In this document: positions 49,395 to 60,500 of the stretch, piece by piece
Numbering within the stretch: the stretch's first letter is position 1
How the letters are laid out: the number at the start of each line of letters is the position of its first letter
DNA from: Bryobacterales bacterium
Lineage (GTDB): Bacteria; Acidobacteriota; Terriglobia; Bryobacterales; UBA6623
Assembly (NCBI GenBank): GCA_965206025.1
Contig: CBDBIU010000002.1
Coordinates: 37,201-101,200, forward strand
Length of the DNA: 64,000 nt
Reading direction: 5' to 3'
Translations under genes and position numbers: made by a program
The notes under the pieces: generated by a model
Seen by the model: only the letters and a program-made list of their open reading frames with translations
Told to the model about the DNA's origin: nothing
Database searches by the model: none

Positions 49395-50573
49395 ATGAAA
49401 CGCCCCGCCCGAACACTCGCCTGGCCGATCCTGTCAGCTTGGGTGGCTTTTCAGGTGTTGTTTCCCACCGCCGCCCGAAGCCAAGGGTCCGGCACCCAAG
49501 ACGCTGGCCGGCCCGAGGTTCTGACGGCTAGCGAGGGCGCTGTCTTCGTTTCAACCGTGGACGTGGTGACCGTACCCGTAACGGTTCTCGGGCCGAGGGG
49601 AGAATACGTCTCAGGGCTGGAGAAGCCCGATTTCACCATCCTCGACAACGAAACCGAGCAGCGGATCGACAGCTTCGAGGTTGCCTTCCTGCCGATCTCG
49701 ATGGTGATCTGCGTTCAGTCCAGCGGTCGCGTGGAGAAGCTGCTTCCCGATGTCACCAAGACCGCCGTCATTTTCACGGACATGGTTCTGGGTGAGTTCG
49801 GCGAGGCGGCTTTGATCGCTTTCGATAACCGCGTGCGGCTGATGGAAGATTTCACGAACGACAACAAGAAGATCGAAAAAGCTCTCAAAAGGATCACCAT
49901 CGGTAGTGACGCCGTGCGGCTGAGTGACGGGGTGTATGAAGCGATCCGGTTGCTTGTTCGGCGGCCCGGCGAACACCGCAAGATCATCGTGGTCGTCTCC
50001 GAGTCCCAAGAGAACGGAAGTAACATCGGCCTGGGTGAAACCCTGCGCACCGCGCAATTGCACGACATCATGGTCTACCCGATTCGGCTTTCGACCGCTT
50101 CAGCGCGGGTCACCAAGTGGCCGAAAGTCAATCCCGACCCGATTCCCCCGGGAGTCCAGGCGCGACCGGTGGCGCCCGGCCAGGTGGCCACGCCCACGAC
50201 GATGCAACAGAGCCGCTACGACGTAACCGGTAATGTGATTCCCGTCGTTATCGACCTAGTCAGGGGCGTGAAGAATCTGTTCTTCAACAACCCCCTGGAG
50301 TTGCTGGCAAAGGGTACCGGCGGCAAGGATTATAGTCCTCGGACGGAGTCCGGTCTGCAGAAATCGATCGCCGCGATTGGAGAAGACATTCGCAGCCAGT
50401 ATCTTCTGACCTATCGCCCCAATAACTTGAACGAGAGCGGCATTTTCCACCGCATTAAGGTGACAGTGAACTACAAGGGGCTAAGAGTTCGATCGCGGCC
50501 GGGATACTTTCACGGCCCCGCCCCGGTTCCGGGCGGCGAACCGGCTGATCTCGGAGAGACCGCGGACCGGTAG
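49395..50573 (+). CDS. VWA domain protein (acidobacterial VWFA-related type)
   Basis: Signal peptide; VDVVTVPVTV...GLEKPDF.ILDN, TGG, IRSQYLLTYRP, VRSRPGYF. Confidence 0.88.
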   Translation: MKRPARTLAWPILSAWVAFQVLFPTAARSQGSGTQDAGRPEVLTASEGAVFVSTVDVVTVPVTVLGPRGEYVSGLEKPDFTILDNETEQRIDSFEVAFLPISMVICVQSSGRVEKLLPDVTKTAVIFTDMVLGEFGEAALIAFDNRVRLMEDFTNDNKKIEKALKRITIGSDAVRLSDGVYEAIRLLVRRPGEHRKIIVVVSESQENGSNIGLGETLRTAQLHDIMVYPIRLSTASARVTKWPKVNPDPIPPGVQARPVAPGQVATPTTMQQSRYDVTGNVIPVVIDLVRGVKNLFFNNPLELLAKGTGGKDYSPRTESGLQKSIAAIGEDIRSQYLLTYRPNNLNESGIFHRIKVTVNYKGLRVRSRPGYFHGPAPVPGGEPADLGETADR

Positions 50574-50668
50574 CGTTCGCGCGCAGCCGCGGTTCGCGCT
50601 ACTTTTCAAGCCTGGGCGCTTTCGCGGAGAGACGCCAACCCCCTGGTTTCCCTTATCCTCTAAGCATT

Positions 50669-50766
50669 GAGGCTCGTAAAATACACGGTGGCTTTGGAAC
50701 AAGGGCACAGCATGCTGTGCCCCTACAGTCTGAACGCGGACGACGCCACAACAATTTGCGAGACTC
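50669..50766. repeat. Family D repeat
   Basis: GAGGCTCGTAAAAT...GGGCACAGCATGCTGTGCCCCTACAGTCT...ATTTGCGAGACTC. Confidence 0.85.
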
Positions 50767-50790
50767 GGTAATTCAAGGAGAATCCGTTCG

Positions 50791-53067
50791 GTGCCGCTTA
50801 GCAATCAAGAGCTAACAGACCGCACAAAAGCCGGCTTCCAGACGCTCCGCTTGGATGCAGAGATCAAGCGGTCCGCCGTCGCCCATCTTAAAGACTGGCT
50901 CGACCACGACAAGTTTGCCTCTTTGCTCGACGGGGAATCGAGCGATTACCGGTCCCTCGTCGAGTGGATGATCACCGCCGAGAAGTTTGAGTTAGTCCTG
51001 GACAGTTTCTACCAGGTGATGCCGTTCGGCACCGGAGGACGCCGCGGACCGGTCGGCATAGGCCCCAATCGGATCAACCCCTATACGATCGCCTCTTCGG
51101 TTCAAGGTCACGTCGAATACCTGCGCCGGAAGTTCCCGGAGGGATCCGACCTCAAAGTCGTCGTCGCCTATGACGTTCGCCGTTACTCGGACCTGCGTGG
51201 GATCTACCCTCCGGATGTCCCGAATCCCGTCTCGGGACTTTCGTCCAAGGACTTCGCGCACATCGCCGCATCGGTCTATTGCGCCGCCGGAGTTGTGGTC
51301 TACATGCTCTCCGACGAACTGGACGACTACCTTTCCACGCCCGAGCTCTCCTTTCTGATACGCCAATTCGAAGCGCACGGGGGCCTCAACGTCAGCGCTT
51401 CCCACAACCATCCCGACGACAACGGCGGCAAGTTTTACAACAGTCGCGGCGGCCAGGAGATTCCTCCCCACGACGAGGAGATGGTCAAGATCGTCGAGAC
51501 CATCACTGATGTCAAGAGCATGCCCTACGAGGAAGCGCTGGAGTCTGGTTTGATCCGGCCGATTACCGACCTCCACCGCCAGGCGTACGTCGATCTCAAC
51601 TTGAGTTTGCGCCTGCGCACCGGGCCGGGCGGCGCCAAGATCGTCTACACACCCCTTCACGGAACGGGCCGAAACACCGTAGGCCGCTGCTTGCGGGCAG
51701 CCGGTTTCGAGGAGGGCAGGCAGTTTTTCACCGTCGAAGCTCAGCGCCCCTATCGCGGCGATTTCGCCAACGTCAAGTTCCGCACCCCGAACCCGGAAGT
51801 ACCCGAATCGATGGACCTAGCGATCGAGCAAGCCAGACAGGTAGGCGCGGATCTGGTGCTGGCGACAGACCCCGATGCTGACCGCATTGGCGCGGCGGTT
51901 CCTTGGGAAGATGACTTCGTGTTCGTCAACGGCAATGAACTGGCGGTGATATTGACCCGCTACCGGCTCGAGTCGCTCCAGCGAGCGGGGAAGCTGCCCG
52001 CCACCCCGCTGATCATCAAGACACAGGTGACGACGGACCTCATGGCGAGCATTGCCGAATCTTTCGGCGCTCGGGTCATCGGAAATCTGCTCGTGGGATT
52101 CAAGTATGTCGGGGATATTCTGGACCACCTCGAACGCAGCGGCCAATTTGATGGAGTGAAGGCCCGGCTCGAAGATTTCGTCCTGGCGGCCGAGGAGAGC
52201 CACGGGCTCTTGACTACCCCCGAAGTCCGCGACAAAGACGCTGCCGGCGCGGCGATTGTTCTGGCCGAGCTAGCGTCGGAGTTGAAAGAACAAGGAGGCA
52301 GCCTGTATCGCTATTTGATCGACACCTACAAGCGCTATGGGTATCACCGCAATCTCTTGCGATCGACCATCATGCAAGGCGCGGCCGGCACGGCGACCAT
52401 GGCGAACATTCAGCAAGAGCTCCGCGCGAACCCGCCCGATTCGATGGGTGGACTGAAGGTCGTCTCCGTAACGGACTACTGGGATGAGGGCGTCTTTGGG
52501 GCTTTTAAGTCCGGGACTGATCGGAGCTCGCGAAACTTGCTGACGATTACGCTCGAAGGCGGACTGCGAACGACTATTCGGCCCTCGGGAACCGAGCCGA
52601 AAAACAAGGTTTACATCGAGAAGTCATCGGAACCCGTTGGCCCCAAGGCCTCGGACGAGAAATTTTGGGAAGTCCGACGCAAGGTGGACGAAGAAGTTCT
52701 TGCCTTCTCAAACTCTTTCATGAAGTCGATGCTGGCGCTGATCGGCGTTGAGCTTCCCGACTACGCCCTTGAAATCTCCGACCTAGTCTCCCTCGAAAAC
52801 AAACGCCATTTCGCCGAGAAATTTATCCCCGCTTTCGAATCGCAAGCCGAGGCCCTCGTGAACTCGGGAACCACCGCCCAAGCCGTCAACGAGTGGATCG
52901 ACGCCCAGCTCGCCGCTTACGGCCCGGATGCGCGGCTGTTGGTCGCCAGGGCGATGCGGTCATACCTGGCGAGCGAGCGATCACGATCCCCGGACAAGGA
53001 GACAATCCTCGCCGGTCAAGAACAACTGTTTTTCGAGGATGGGCCGGATACCGCTCGTGGCTGTTGA
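50791..53067 (+). CDS. Phosphoglucomutase/phosphomannomutase family protein with C-terminal extension
   Basis: FGTGGRRG, SASHNH, DPDADR, EESHG and RPSGTEPK motifs; 758 aa. Confidence 0.93.
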   Translation: MPLSNQELTDRTKAGFQTLRLDAEIKRSAVAHLKDWLDHDKFASLLDGESSDYRSLVEWMITAEKFELVLDSFYQVMPFGTGGRRGPVGIGPNRINPYTIASSVQGHVEYLRRKFPEGSDLKVVVAYDVRRYSDLRGIYPPDVPNPVSGLSSKDFAHIAASVYCAAGVVVYMLSDELDDYLSTPELSFLIRQFEAHGGLNVSASHNHPDDNGGKFYNSRGGQEIPPHDEEMVKIVETITDVKSMPYEEALESGLIRPITDLHRQAYVDLNLSLRLRTGPGGAKIVYTPLHGTGRNTVGRCLRAAGFEEGRQFFTVEAQRPYRGDFANVKFRTPNPEVPESMDLAIEQARQVGADLVLATDPDADRIGAAVPWEDDFVFVNGNELAVILTRYRLESLQRAGKLPATPLIIKTQVTTDLMASIAESFGARVIGNLLVGFKYVGDILDHLERSGQFDGVKARLEDFVLAAEESHGLLTTPEVRDKDAAGAAIVLAELASELKEQGGSLYRYLIDTYKRYGYHRNLLRSTIMQGAAGTATMANIQQELRANPPDSMGGLKVVSVTDYWDEGVFGAFKSGTDRSSRNLLTITLEGGLRTTIRPSGTEPKNKVYIEKSSEPVGPKASDEKFWEVRRKVDEEVLAFSNSFMKSMLALIGVELPDYALEISDLVSLENKRHFAEKFIPAFESQAEALVNSGTTAQAVNEWIDAQLAAYGPDARLLVARAMRSYLASERSRSPDKETILAGQEQLFFEDGPDTARGC

Positions 53068-53161
53068 GGCTGGCAAAATACGGTTACTTTGGAACACGGG
53101 CACAGCATGCTGTGCCCCTACAGTCTGAACACGGGCTATGCCGCTATAATTTGCGAGACTT
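53066..53161. repeat. Family D repeat
   Basis: Same layout as 50669-50766; overlaps the phosphomutase stop codon. Confidence 0.85.
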
Positions 53162-53177
53162 AGTAAAAGACATCCCA

Positions 53178-55790
53178 TCACCCAACCCGCTCCATGTCCC
53201 GCCAGTTCTTGCCGACTTTGACGTCCGCGACGATTGGCACTTTGAGATCGTAAACGCCTTCCATCTCCTTCTTGACCAGGCGGGCGACGGCGTCGGTCTC
53301 CGCTTCGGGAACTTCAAACAGCAGCTCGTCGTGGACTTGGAGCAGCATCAGCGCTTCCCTCGCCTCGTCCCGCAAACGTTGGTCCACGCGAATCATGGCC
53401 AGCTTGATCAGGTCGGCGGCCGATCCCTGGATGGGTGAGTTGACGGCGGTTCGCTCGGCGAAGCCGCGCTGGGCGGGGTTTCGGCTGTCCATCTCGGGAA
53501 TGGGGCGCAGCCTGCCGAAAAGCGTTCGGGTGATGCCGGATCTTCGAACCTGCTTGAGCGTGCCGTCAATGAACGCCTTCACGCCCGAATAACGCTCGAA
53601 GTAGTCGTCAATGTACTTCTTCGAGTCTGAAACCGGGATTCCGAGCTGCTGCGACAAACCGAACGCACTGAGCCCGTAGACGATGCCGAAGTTGACCGCC
53701 TTGGCGCGGCGGCGTGCCTCGGGGCCGACCGACAAAGGCAGCACGCCGAAGACTTCCGCTGCCGTCCGCGTGTGGATGTCCTCGCCCTTCTGAAAGGCGT
53801 CGGTCAAAACACGGTCCCCCGACAGGTGAGCCAGAATCCGCAATTCAATCTGGGAGTAGTCTACCGCCAGCAGGTTCCAACCCTCGTGGGCGATAAAGGC
53901 GGCTCTGATCTCGCGTCCGAGCTCGGTACGAATGGGAATGTTTTGCAGGTTGGGATTGGAGGATGACAGCCGGCCCGTGGCGGCCCCGGTTTGGTTGAAC
54001 GTCGTATGCAGCCGGCCGGTCGAAGAGTCCACCAGCGCCGGAAGAGCGTCGACGTAGGTTCCCTTGAGCTTGGCCAGTTGTCGATAGTGGAGAATCTTGT
54101 CGGCGATCTCGTGCGACGACGATAGCCCCTCGAGCACGTCCGAGGCGGTCGAAAGCGCCTTGGTCTTCCCCCGTCGCGGAGGCGCGGGCAGGTTCAAATC
54201 CTCGAAAAGCACCTTGGCCAGTTGTTTGGGCGAGTTAATGTTGAACACCGAACCGGCCAGCTTGTGAATATCGGCGTTCAGCAACTCGATCTCGCCGTCC
54301 ATCCGAGCCGAAAGCGAGGCAAGAGCTTCCGAATCCAGCAGGACGCCGTTGCGCTCCATCCGCTCGAGCACCGGAGCAAGCGGCAGCTCGATCGTCTCAT
54401 AGAGATCCTTTAACTCCTGCTTCTCTAACTCAGAAGAAAACATCTCGCCGAGCTGGCGCGTGAAATAGGCCGCCTGCGCGAGTCCGGCGTCGAGTTTCGC
54501 GTCTAGGAACCGAGGTGCAAGCTTTGAAAGCGAATAATCCGCTAGTGTCGGGTGGACAAGGAACGTAGCCAGTTTTGTGTCATCGGCTGCGCCGGCAAGT
54601 GAAATGCCTTTCTGGGCGAGCTGCTTGATAGCCTCCTTGGAATCATGCACTCGTTTGGGTTGCGACGAGTCTTCGAGAAACTCATTCGCGGCCGACAAAA
54701 GCTCAACGGGCAACGCACACGCCTCTTCCGAGCTTCCACAAAACCCCAGTTCGCCTCCCGTCAACTCGTCGTCCGCGGATAGATCGACGGCCACCGAGAT
54801 CGGCTGTTTCTCGCTGCCGCTTCGGGCCGCATGCTCAAGCCAAGAGTTGAATTCATCCTCCGAGGCAAACGTCCGATACCGGATCTCGGATTCGCCGGCC
54901 GGGGCCTCGAGCTGCTGACGCAAACTGTGAAACTCGAGCTCGCGATAGAGCTCGGCCATCGCCTCGACGTCGGGCTGGGCCGCCCGCAGAGACTCGATGT
55001 CCCACTTCACGGGAACGTCCGTCGCCAGCGCGACGAGCCTCTTGCTGAGCAAGATCTGGTCCCGGTTTTGTTGCAGGCTCTCGCGGTAGGTCTTGCGTTT
55101 TACCTCCTCCGCGTGTTCGATGGCCCCTTCGACGCTGCCGTAGTCGTGAATCAGCTTGCGGGCTCCCTTGTCCCCGATGCCCGGCGCTCCGGGGATGTTA
55201 TCCACCGAATCGCCCTTGAGGGCCATCATGTCCACCACCCTTTGCGGCGGCACGCCCATCATCTCTTCAACGACGGCGCTGTCATAGACCAAATCGTTCT
55301 TCATCGGATTGAGAATGAAGATGCGGTCGCTCACGAGTTGGGTCAAGTCTTTGTCGCTGGAGACGATATAGACTTCGCGTCCCAGTCGGGCCGCTTGTTG
55401 GGCCAGTGTAGCGATCACGTCGTCGGCTTCGTAGCCGTCGTGGGCGAGGGTCGGAATCCGGGCGGCGTTGAGCCAGCGCTGGATGTAGGGCATCTGCTCG
55501 ATCAGCTCAGGCGGCGTCTCGGCGCGGGTGGCCTTATAGTCGCCAAAAAGCTCGTCGCGAAAGGTCGGTCCCCTGCCCTCCCAGACCGCTGCCAGGTACG
55601 CGGGCTGGTACTCGTCGATCAAGCGCTTGAACATGTTCGAGAAGATGTAAACCGCCTCGGTGGGGATCCCGGTCGAGGTACGCATCGGGGGTACCCCGCT
55701 TCTCGCCCGTCCGTAAAACGCTCGGAAGATCAAGCCGAAGGAGTCGATCAGGAACAGGCGTCCTGTCGCGGAGGGAGCCATGTCGTTCAC
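53178..55790 (-). CDS. polA: DNA polymerase I
   Basis: 5'-3' exonuclease (YEADDVI, GDSVDNIPG) and polymerase motifs (TGRLSSSNPNLQNIP, DYSQIELR, AKAVNFGIVYG, QVHDEL). Confidence 0.98.
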   Translation of the reverse strand: MNDMAPSATGRLFLIDSFGLIFRAFYGRARSGVPPMRTSTGIPTEAVYIFSNMFKRLIDEYQPAYLAAVWEGRGPTFRDELFGDYKATRAETPPELIEQMPYIQRWLNAARIPTLAHDGYEADDVIATLAQQAARLGREVYIVSSDKDLTQLVSDRIFILNPMKNDLVYDSAVVEEMMGVPPQRVVDMMALKGDSVDNIPGAPGIGDKGARKLIHDYGSVEGAIEHAEEVKRKTYRESLQQNRDQILLSKRLVALATDVPVKWDIESLRAAQPDVEAMAELYRELEFHSLRQQLEAPAGESEIRYRTFASEDEFNSWLEHAARSGSEKQPISVAVDLSADDELTGGELGFCGSSEEACALPVELLSAANEFLEDSSQPKRVHDSKEAIKQLAQKGISLAGAADDTKLATFLVHPTLADYSLSKLAPRFLDAKLDAGLAQAAYFTRQLGEMFSSELEKQELKDLYETIELPLAPVLERMERNGVLLDSEALASLSARMDGEIELLNADIHKLAGSVFNINSPKQLAKVLFEDLNLPAPPRRGKTKALSTASDVLEGLSSSHEIADKILHYRQLAKLKGTYVDALPALVDSSTGRLHTTFNQTGAATGRLSSSNPNLQNIPIRTELGREIRAAFIAHEGWNLLAVDYSQIELRILAHLSGDRVLTDAFQKGEDIHTRTAAEVFGVLPLSVGPEARRRAKAVNFGIVYGLSAFGLSQQLGIPVSDSKKYIDDYFERYSGVKAFIDGTLKQVRRSGITRTLFGRLRPIPEMDSRNPAQRGFAERTAVNSPIQGSAADLIKLAMIRVDQRLRDEAREALMLLQVHDELLFEVPEAETDAVARLVKKEMEGVYDLKVPIVADVKVGKNWRDMERVG

Positions 55791-56596
55791 CCGCTCGGCT
55801 GCTGGGCGAGGGGGCCGCTCGCCTTACCTCGCTGTCGGACTAACAGAACAATACCAGCCGCCACCAACAAGAGAGCGACCCACTGGGTACTGCTCAGCGC
55901 GCCGCCGAAAGGAAAGTTTCGCTCCGCTTCGTCTCGCAAAAACTCGACGCCGAACCTAAAAGCCGAGTAGAGGACCAGGTAAAGACCAACAATGGCTCCC
56001 GGCGGGTGGGGCTTCCCGAAGCACCAGAGCAGGATAAGCCCGATTAGTAGCGTGCCCCCGGCTTCGTAGAGCTGGGTCGGGTGCAGATGGATGTTGAGCG
56101 GCACCCCCACGTAGTCGTGGGCCGCCGGATCAGTAAAAGCCATCGCCCAGGGAAGCGAGGACGGCTTTCCCCAGCAGCAACCCGCCGCGAAACAGCCCAA
56201 CCTGCCGATGGAATGCCCGATAGCCACCGCCGGGGCGAACACGTCGGCTGTCCGCAAGGGGGGAAGTCCGTATTTTCGGGAGAACCAAAACGCGGTTCCC
56301 AGAGCCGCCAGCAAGCCGCCGTAAAACACGCCGCCGGCCCGCAGGGTGGCCAGCGAAAAGATCCGGCTGGGATGCTCTAGGTAGTAACCCGAATCGGACA
56401 AGACCATGAACAGCTTCGCGCCTACGATGGCGGAAAGGGCCAAGTACACGCCCAGGTTGGTCACGTGATCGGGATCGATCCCCACGCGGCGCCCGAGCCG
56501 ACCGGCAATCAGCAGTCCCACCAGCAGGCCGGCTACGACCAGCAGGCCGTAGGTGGGTAGGGAAAAGGAGCCAATGGTAAATAGCCGGGGGCACAT
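55787..56596 (-). CDS. lgt: Prolipoprotein diacylglyceryl transferase
   Basis: GGVFYGG, IGRLGCF.AGCCWG, HPTQLYE and RF.VEFLR motifs. Confidence 0.96.
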   Translation of the reverse strand: MCPRLFTIGSFSLPTYGLLVVAGLLVGLLIAGRLGRRVGIDPDHVTNLGVYLALSAIVGAKLFMVLSDSGYYLEHPSRIFSLATLRAGGVFYGGLLAALGTAFWFSRKYGLPPLRTADVFAPAVAIGHSIGRLGCFAAGCCWGKPSSLPWAMAFTDPAAHDYVGVPLNIHLHPTQLYEAGGTLLIGLILLWCFGKPHPPGAIVGLYLVLYSAFRFGVEFLRDEAERNFPFGGALSSTQWVALLLVAAGIVLLVRQRGKASGPLAQQPSG

Positions 56597-56605
56597 ACGC
56601 GTTAT

Positions 56606-57124
56606 CTAGTCTAACTCCGCCGGCCGGGCGTCTTGCCCGCGAGTCAAAAAAGCATCCAACACCAACAGGCCCGCGCCGACGGTGATACAGCTATCGGCGA
56701 CGTTAAAAGCAGGCCAGTGATAGGAGCCGACGAAGACGTCCAGAAAGTCCACCACATAACCATGGACGAGGCGGTCGTGAAGATTGCCGACGGCACCCGC
56801 AAGAATCAACGTCAGTCCGTATCGAACCCTACGGAGGCTCGACTCGGATTTCCAGAACAACACCAAAACCAACACGATGGCCAGTCCTGAAACGAGCGGC
56901 AGGATAATGCCCTTGACAAGGGGTCCACTGTCGGCGAAAAGACTAAAGGCCATCCCGGTATTGCGTGTATGAACCAACTCGAAAAAGCCGTCGATGATGG
57001 GCCTGGAGGTATGCAGGGGGAAGGCCGAAGCGATGGCCGCTTTCGTCGCCTGATCTAAAGCGATCAGCCCAGCCGCAAGAAACAAGTAGGGAAGGTGATT
57101 CCTTAGCTGGGGTGGGAGGCGCAT
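56606..57124 (-). CDS. lspA: Lipoprotein signal peptidase
   Basis: DQATK, NTGMAFS, GAVGNLHDR, VVDF and FNVAD motifs. Confidence 0.97.
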   Translation of the reverse strand: MRLPPQLRNHLPYLFLAAGLIALDQATKAAIASAFPLHTSRPIIDGFFELVHTRNTGMAFSLFADSGPLVKGIILPLVSGLAIVLVLVLFWKSESSLRRVRYGLTLILAGAVGNLHDRLVHGYVVDFLDVFVGSYHWPAFNVADSCITVGAGLLVLDAFLTRGQDARPAELD

Positions 57125-57294
57125 CTATTTGATTACTCAGAAGCCGTCAGTCTAGCGGATTCCGTGTTTCCGCGACGGCACTTCCCGGCCGGCGGTTCGC
57201 CGTGCCAGCGCAGGCGGAACCAAACAATCCACACCGTCGTCAGACCGGTTTTTCGCCGGTTTTCGGTAGCTTCGGCCCGATCCGGGCTTTCACA

Positions 57295-57323
57295 TTGACC
57301 ACCCCTCCGGGCGCGCCTATACT
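57295..57323 (+). promoter_or_regulatory. Putative sigma70 promoter of dnaE-accA
   Basis: TTGACC (57295-57300), 17-bp spacer, TATACT (57318-57323). Confidence 0.7.
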
Positions 57324-57327
57324 GATA

Positions 57328-57527
57328 CTAGCCCGCTTTTCTCACCACGTGGCGAGGCGAAGTGCGTGAGAAGCCCGTCAGTACAAGGCGCGCGCCGCTC
57401 GGCGCCGCATTTCTTGAATAATGCGGGCGTACTTGAACAGCACGTTGAGCACGGCGAGCAAGCGGAACGCAGTAATGGCGGGCTTATTGCGTGCTTCGAC
57501 CGTCAGGTGGTGAGAAAGGCGGGCTAA
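57328..57527. mobile_element. MITE family A, full length (200 bp)
   Basis: CTAG-CCCGCTTTTCTCACCAC ... GTGGTGAGAAAGGCGGG-CTAA. Confidence 0.88.
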
Positions 57528-57532
57528 CTTCG

Positions 57533-60500
57533 ATGTCGGTTCCCTTTGTTCACCTTCACTGCCACACCGATTATTCACTGCTCGACGGCGCCTGCGAGAT
57601 CACCCAGCTGATGAAATTGGCCGAGCGGCAGGAGATGCCGGCCATCGCCATCACCGATCACGGCAACCTCTTCGGAGCCGTTCAGTTCTATAACGAGGGC
57701 CAAGCCCGCGGGGTCAAGCCGATCATCGGCTGTGAGGTCTACGTCTCCCAAAAAGGGCACAAGACGCGCGGCGAGTCCGATCGCTATAACCACCTCACCC
57801 TGCTGTGCGAAAACCAACAGGGCTACCGCAATCTGATTGATTTGGTGTCGACCGGCTACCTCGAAGGCTTCTACTACAAGCCGCGGATCGACAAAGACCT
57901 GCTGGCCTCGCACAGCCAGGGGCTGATCTGCCTCTCCGGCTGTCTGCGGGGCGACCTCAACGAAGCTCTGATCGATAAGGGATACGAAGAGGGCCGCCGT
58001 CTCGCCTACACCTACCTCGACATGTTCGGGAAGGACAATTTTTACCTGGAGGTGCAAGACCACGGTCTCGACGCCGATAAGAAGGTCCTGCCGCTGCTTT
58101 TTCGCCTGAGCCAAGAAACCGGCATCCCGCTCGTCGCCACCAACGACGCGCATTACTTGACCAAAGAAGACGCCCACGCTCACGACGCCCTGCTCTGTAT
58201 CCAAACCGGCAAAACCTTGAGCGAGCCGAACCGGATGCGCTTCTCCACCCAGGAGTTTCACGTCAAATCGCAAGAGGAGATGCTGCGAACCTTCGACGGC
58301 AATGCCGCCCCCCTCACGCGCACCTGGGAAATCGCCGAGCAGTGCAACCTGCGGATCGAGCGCGTGAAGGACCCATTCCCGGCGTTTGAAGTTCCCTCCG
58401 AGCACACCGCCGATACCTATTTCGAGTGGGCGGCGCGCCAGGGGTTCGAGAAGCGAAGAGGGCGTCTGGAAGCCCTGGCAGCTCAAGGCTCGCTTAAACA
58501 CGAGCTGGCCGAGTACGAGGAGCGGCTCGACCACGAGATCCGCGTCATCCAGCAGATGAAGTTCTCGGGCTACTTCTTGATCGTCTGGGACTTCATTCGG
58601 TTCGCGCGCTCCAAGAACGTTCCGGTGGGGCCGGGACGCGGCTCGGCGGCCGGCTCGCTGGTGGCTTACGCCATGCAGATCACCGACATTGATCCCCTGT
58701 ACTACGGCCTGCTGTTCGAGCGGTTCCTCAACCCCGAACGCGTCAGCCTACCCGATATCGACATCGACTTCTGCATGAACCGCCGCGGCGAGGTGATCCA
58801 ATACGTCACCGAAAAATATGGGCGCGAACAAGTCGCGCAGATCATTACCTTCAATACCCTGGCGGCGAAGGCGGCCATCAAGGACGTAGGCAGAGTGATG
58901 GACATGCCCTACGCCGACGTTGACCGCCTGACGAAGCTCGTCCCGAACGTGCTGAACATCAAATTGGCCGCGGCCCTCAAACAGGAGCCGGCGCTCAGCG
59001 AGCAGGTCAAGAAAAATCGTCGCATCGCCGAGCTCATGGAAACGGCTCAACGCCTGGAAGGAGTTTCCCGCAACCCCTCGGTTCACGCCGCCGGCGTCGT
59101 CATCGCTTCGCGGCCGCTCAGGGAGTTGGTGCCGCTCTACAAAACCGCCAAGGACGAGATCGTTACCCAGTACGACATGAAGAGCCTCGACTGGTTGTCG
59201 TTGCTCAAGATGGACTTTCTCGGCCTGACCACTCTCACGGTGATCGATGAAGCGCTGCGTCTGCTCAAAGGGAAGCAGGGGATCGATCTGCGGCCGGAGG
59301 AACTGCCCCTCGATGACAAGGAAACCTACGCCCTGCTGTCGCGCGGCCTGACCAGCGGCGTCTTCCAATTCGAATCTTCCGGGATGCGTGACATTTTGCG
59401 GCGCTATCGGCCGGAACGCCTCGAAGATCTGATTGCCCTCAATGCGCTGTATCGTCCCGGGCCCATACAGGGCGGCATGATCAGCGATTTCATCGACCGC
59501 CGCCACGGTAGAAAACCCGTCCACTACAGCCTGCCGGTTCTTAAGGAGATCCTCGAGGAAACTTACGGGGTCATTGTCTATCAGGAGCAGGTGATGCAGA
59601 TCGCCCACCGCGTGGCCGGCTATTCGCTGGGCGAGGCTGACCTGCTGCGGCGGGCCATGGGGAAGAAGAAGCCCCAAGAGATGGCCGCGCAACGCGAGCG
59701 CTTCGTCACGGGCGCGCTGGAACGTGGTTACGAAAAGAGGAAAGTCGGCAAGCTGTTCGAGTTGATGGAACAGTTCGCCGGTTACGGGTTCAATAAATCG
59801 CACTCGGCGGCATACGGTTACGTGGCCTTCGTGACGGCCTATCTCAAGGCGCACTATCCGGTATTCTTCATGTCGGCGCTGCTTTCCGCGGAGGCCGGCA
59901 ACACCGACAAGGTCGTCAAATACATCAACGAATGCCGGGATATCGGCATCCGGGTTTTGCCCCCGGACCTCAACGCCGGCGACTGGAACTTTACGCCCGC
60001 GGGCGACAATGCCATCCGATTCGGTCTCGGGGCCATCAAGAACGTCGGACGCGCGGCGGTGCACTCCGTCCTCGAGGCTCGAAAAGAAGCAGGGACATTC
60101 GATTCGCTTTTCCATTTCTGCGAGACCAACGACTGGAAACATCTCAACAAGCGCATGCTGGAAAGCACCATCAAGGCCGGGGCCATGGATTCCTTCGGCG
60201 GACATCGCAGCCAACTGATAGCGGCGCTCGACCGCGCCGTCGAGCTCGGCCAGCGCGCGTCTCGGGATCGTGCCACGGGGCAGCATGGCCTGTTTGCCGC
60301 TCTTGAGGCCGGCGGCGCCCCCTCGGACGACATTCTGCCCGACGTGCCCGAATGGCCGGAAAAACAGAAACTGGCCGGGGAAAAAGAGACCTTGGGATTC
60401 TATGTAACCGGCCACCCTCTGCACGCCTATCGCGACAAAATCGAAGAGCTGGCCACCCACGACAGCTCGAAACTCGACGATCTTGAGCACGGCGCCCCCG

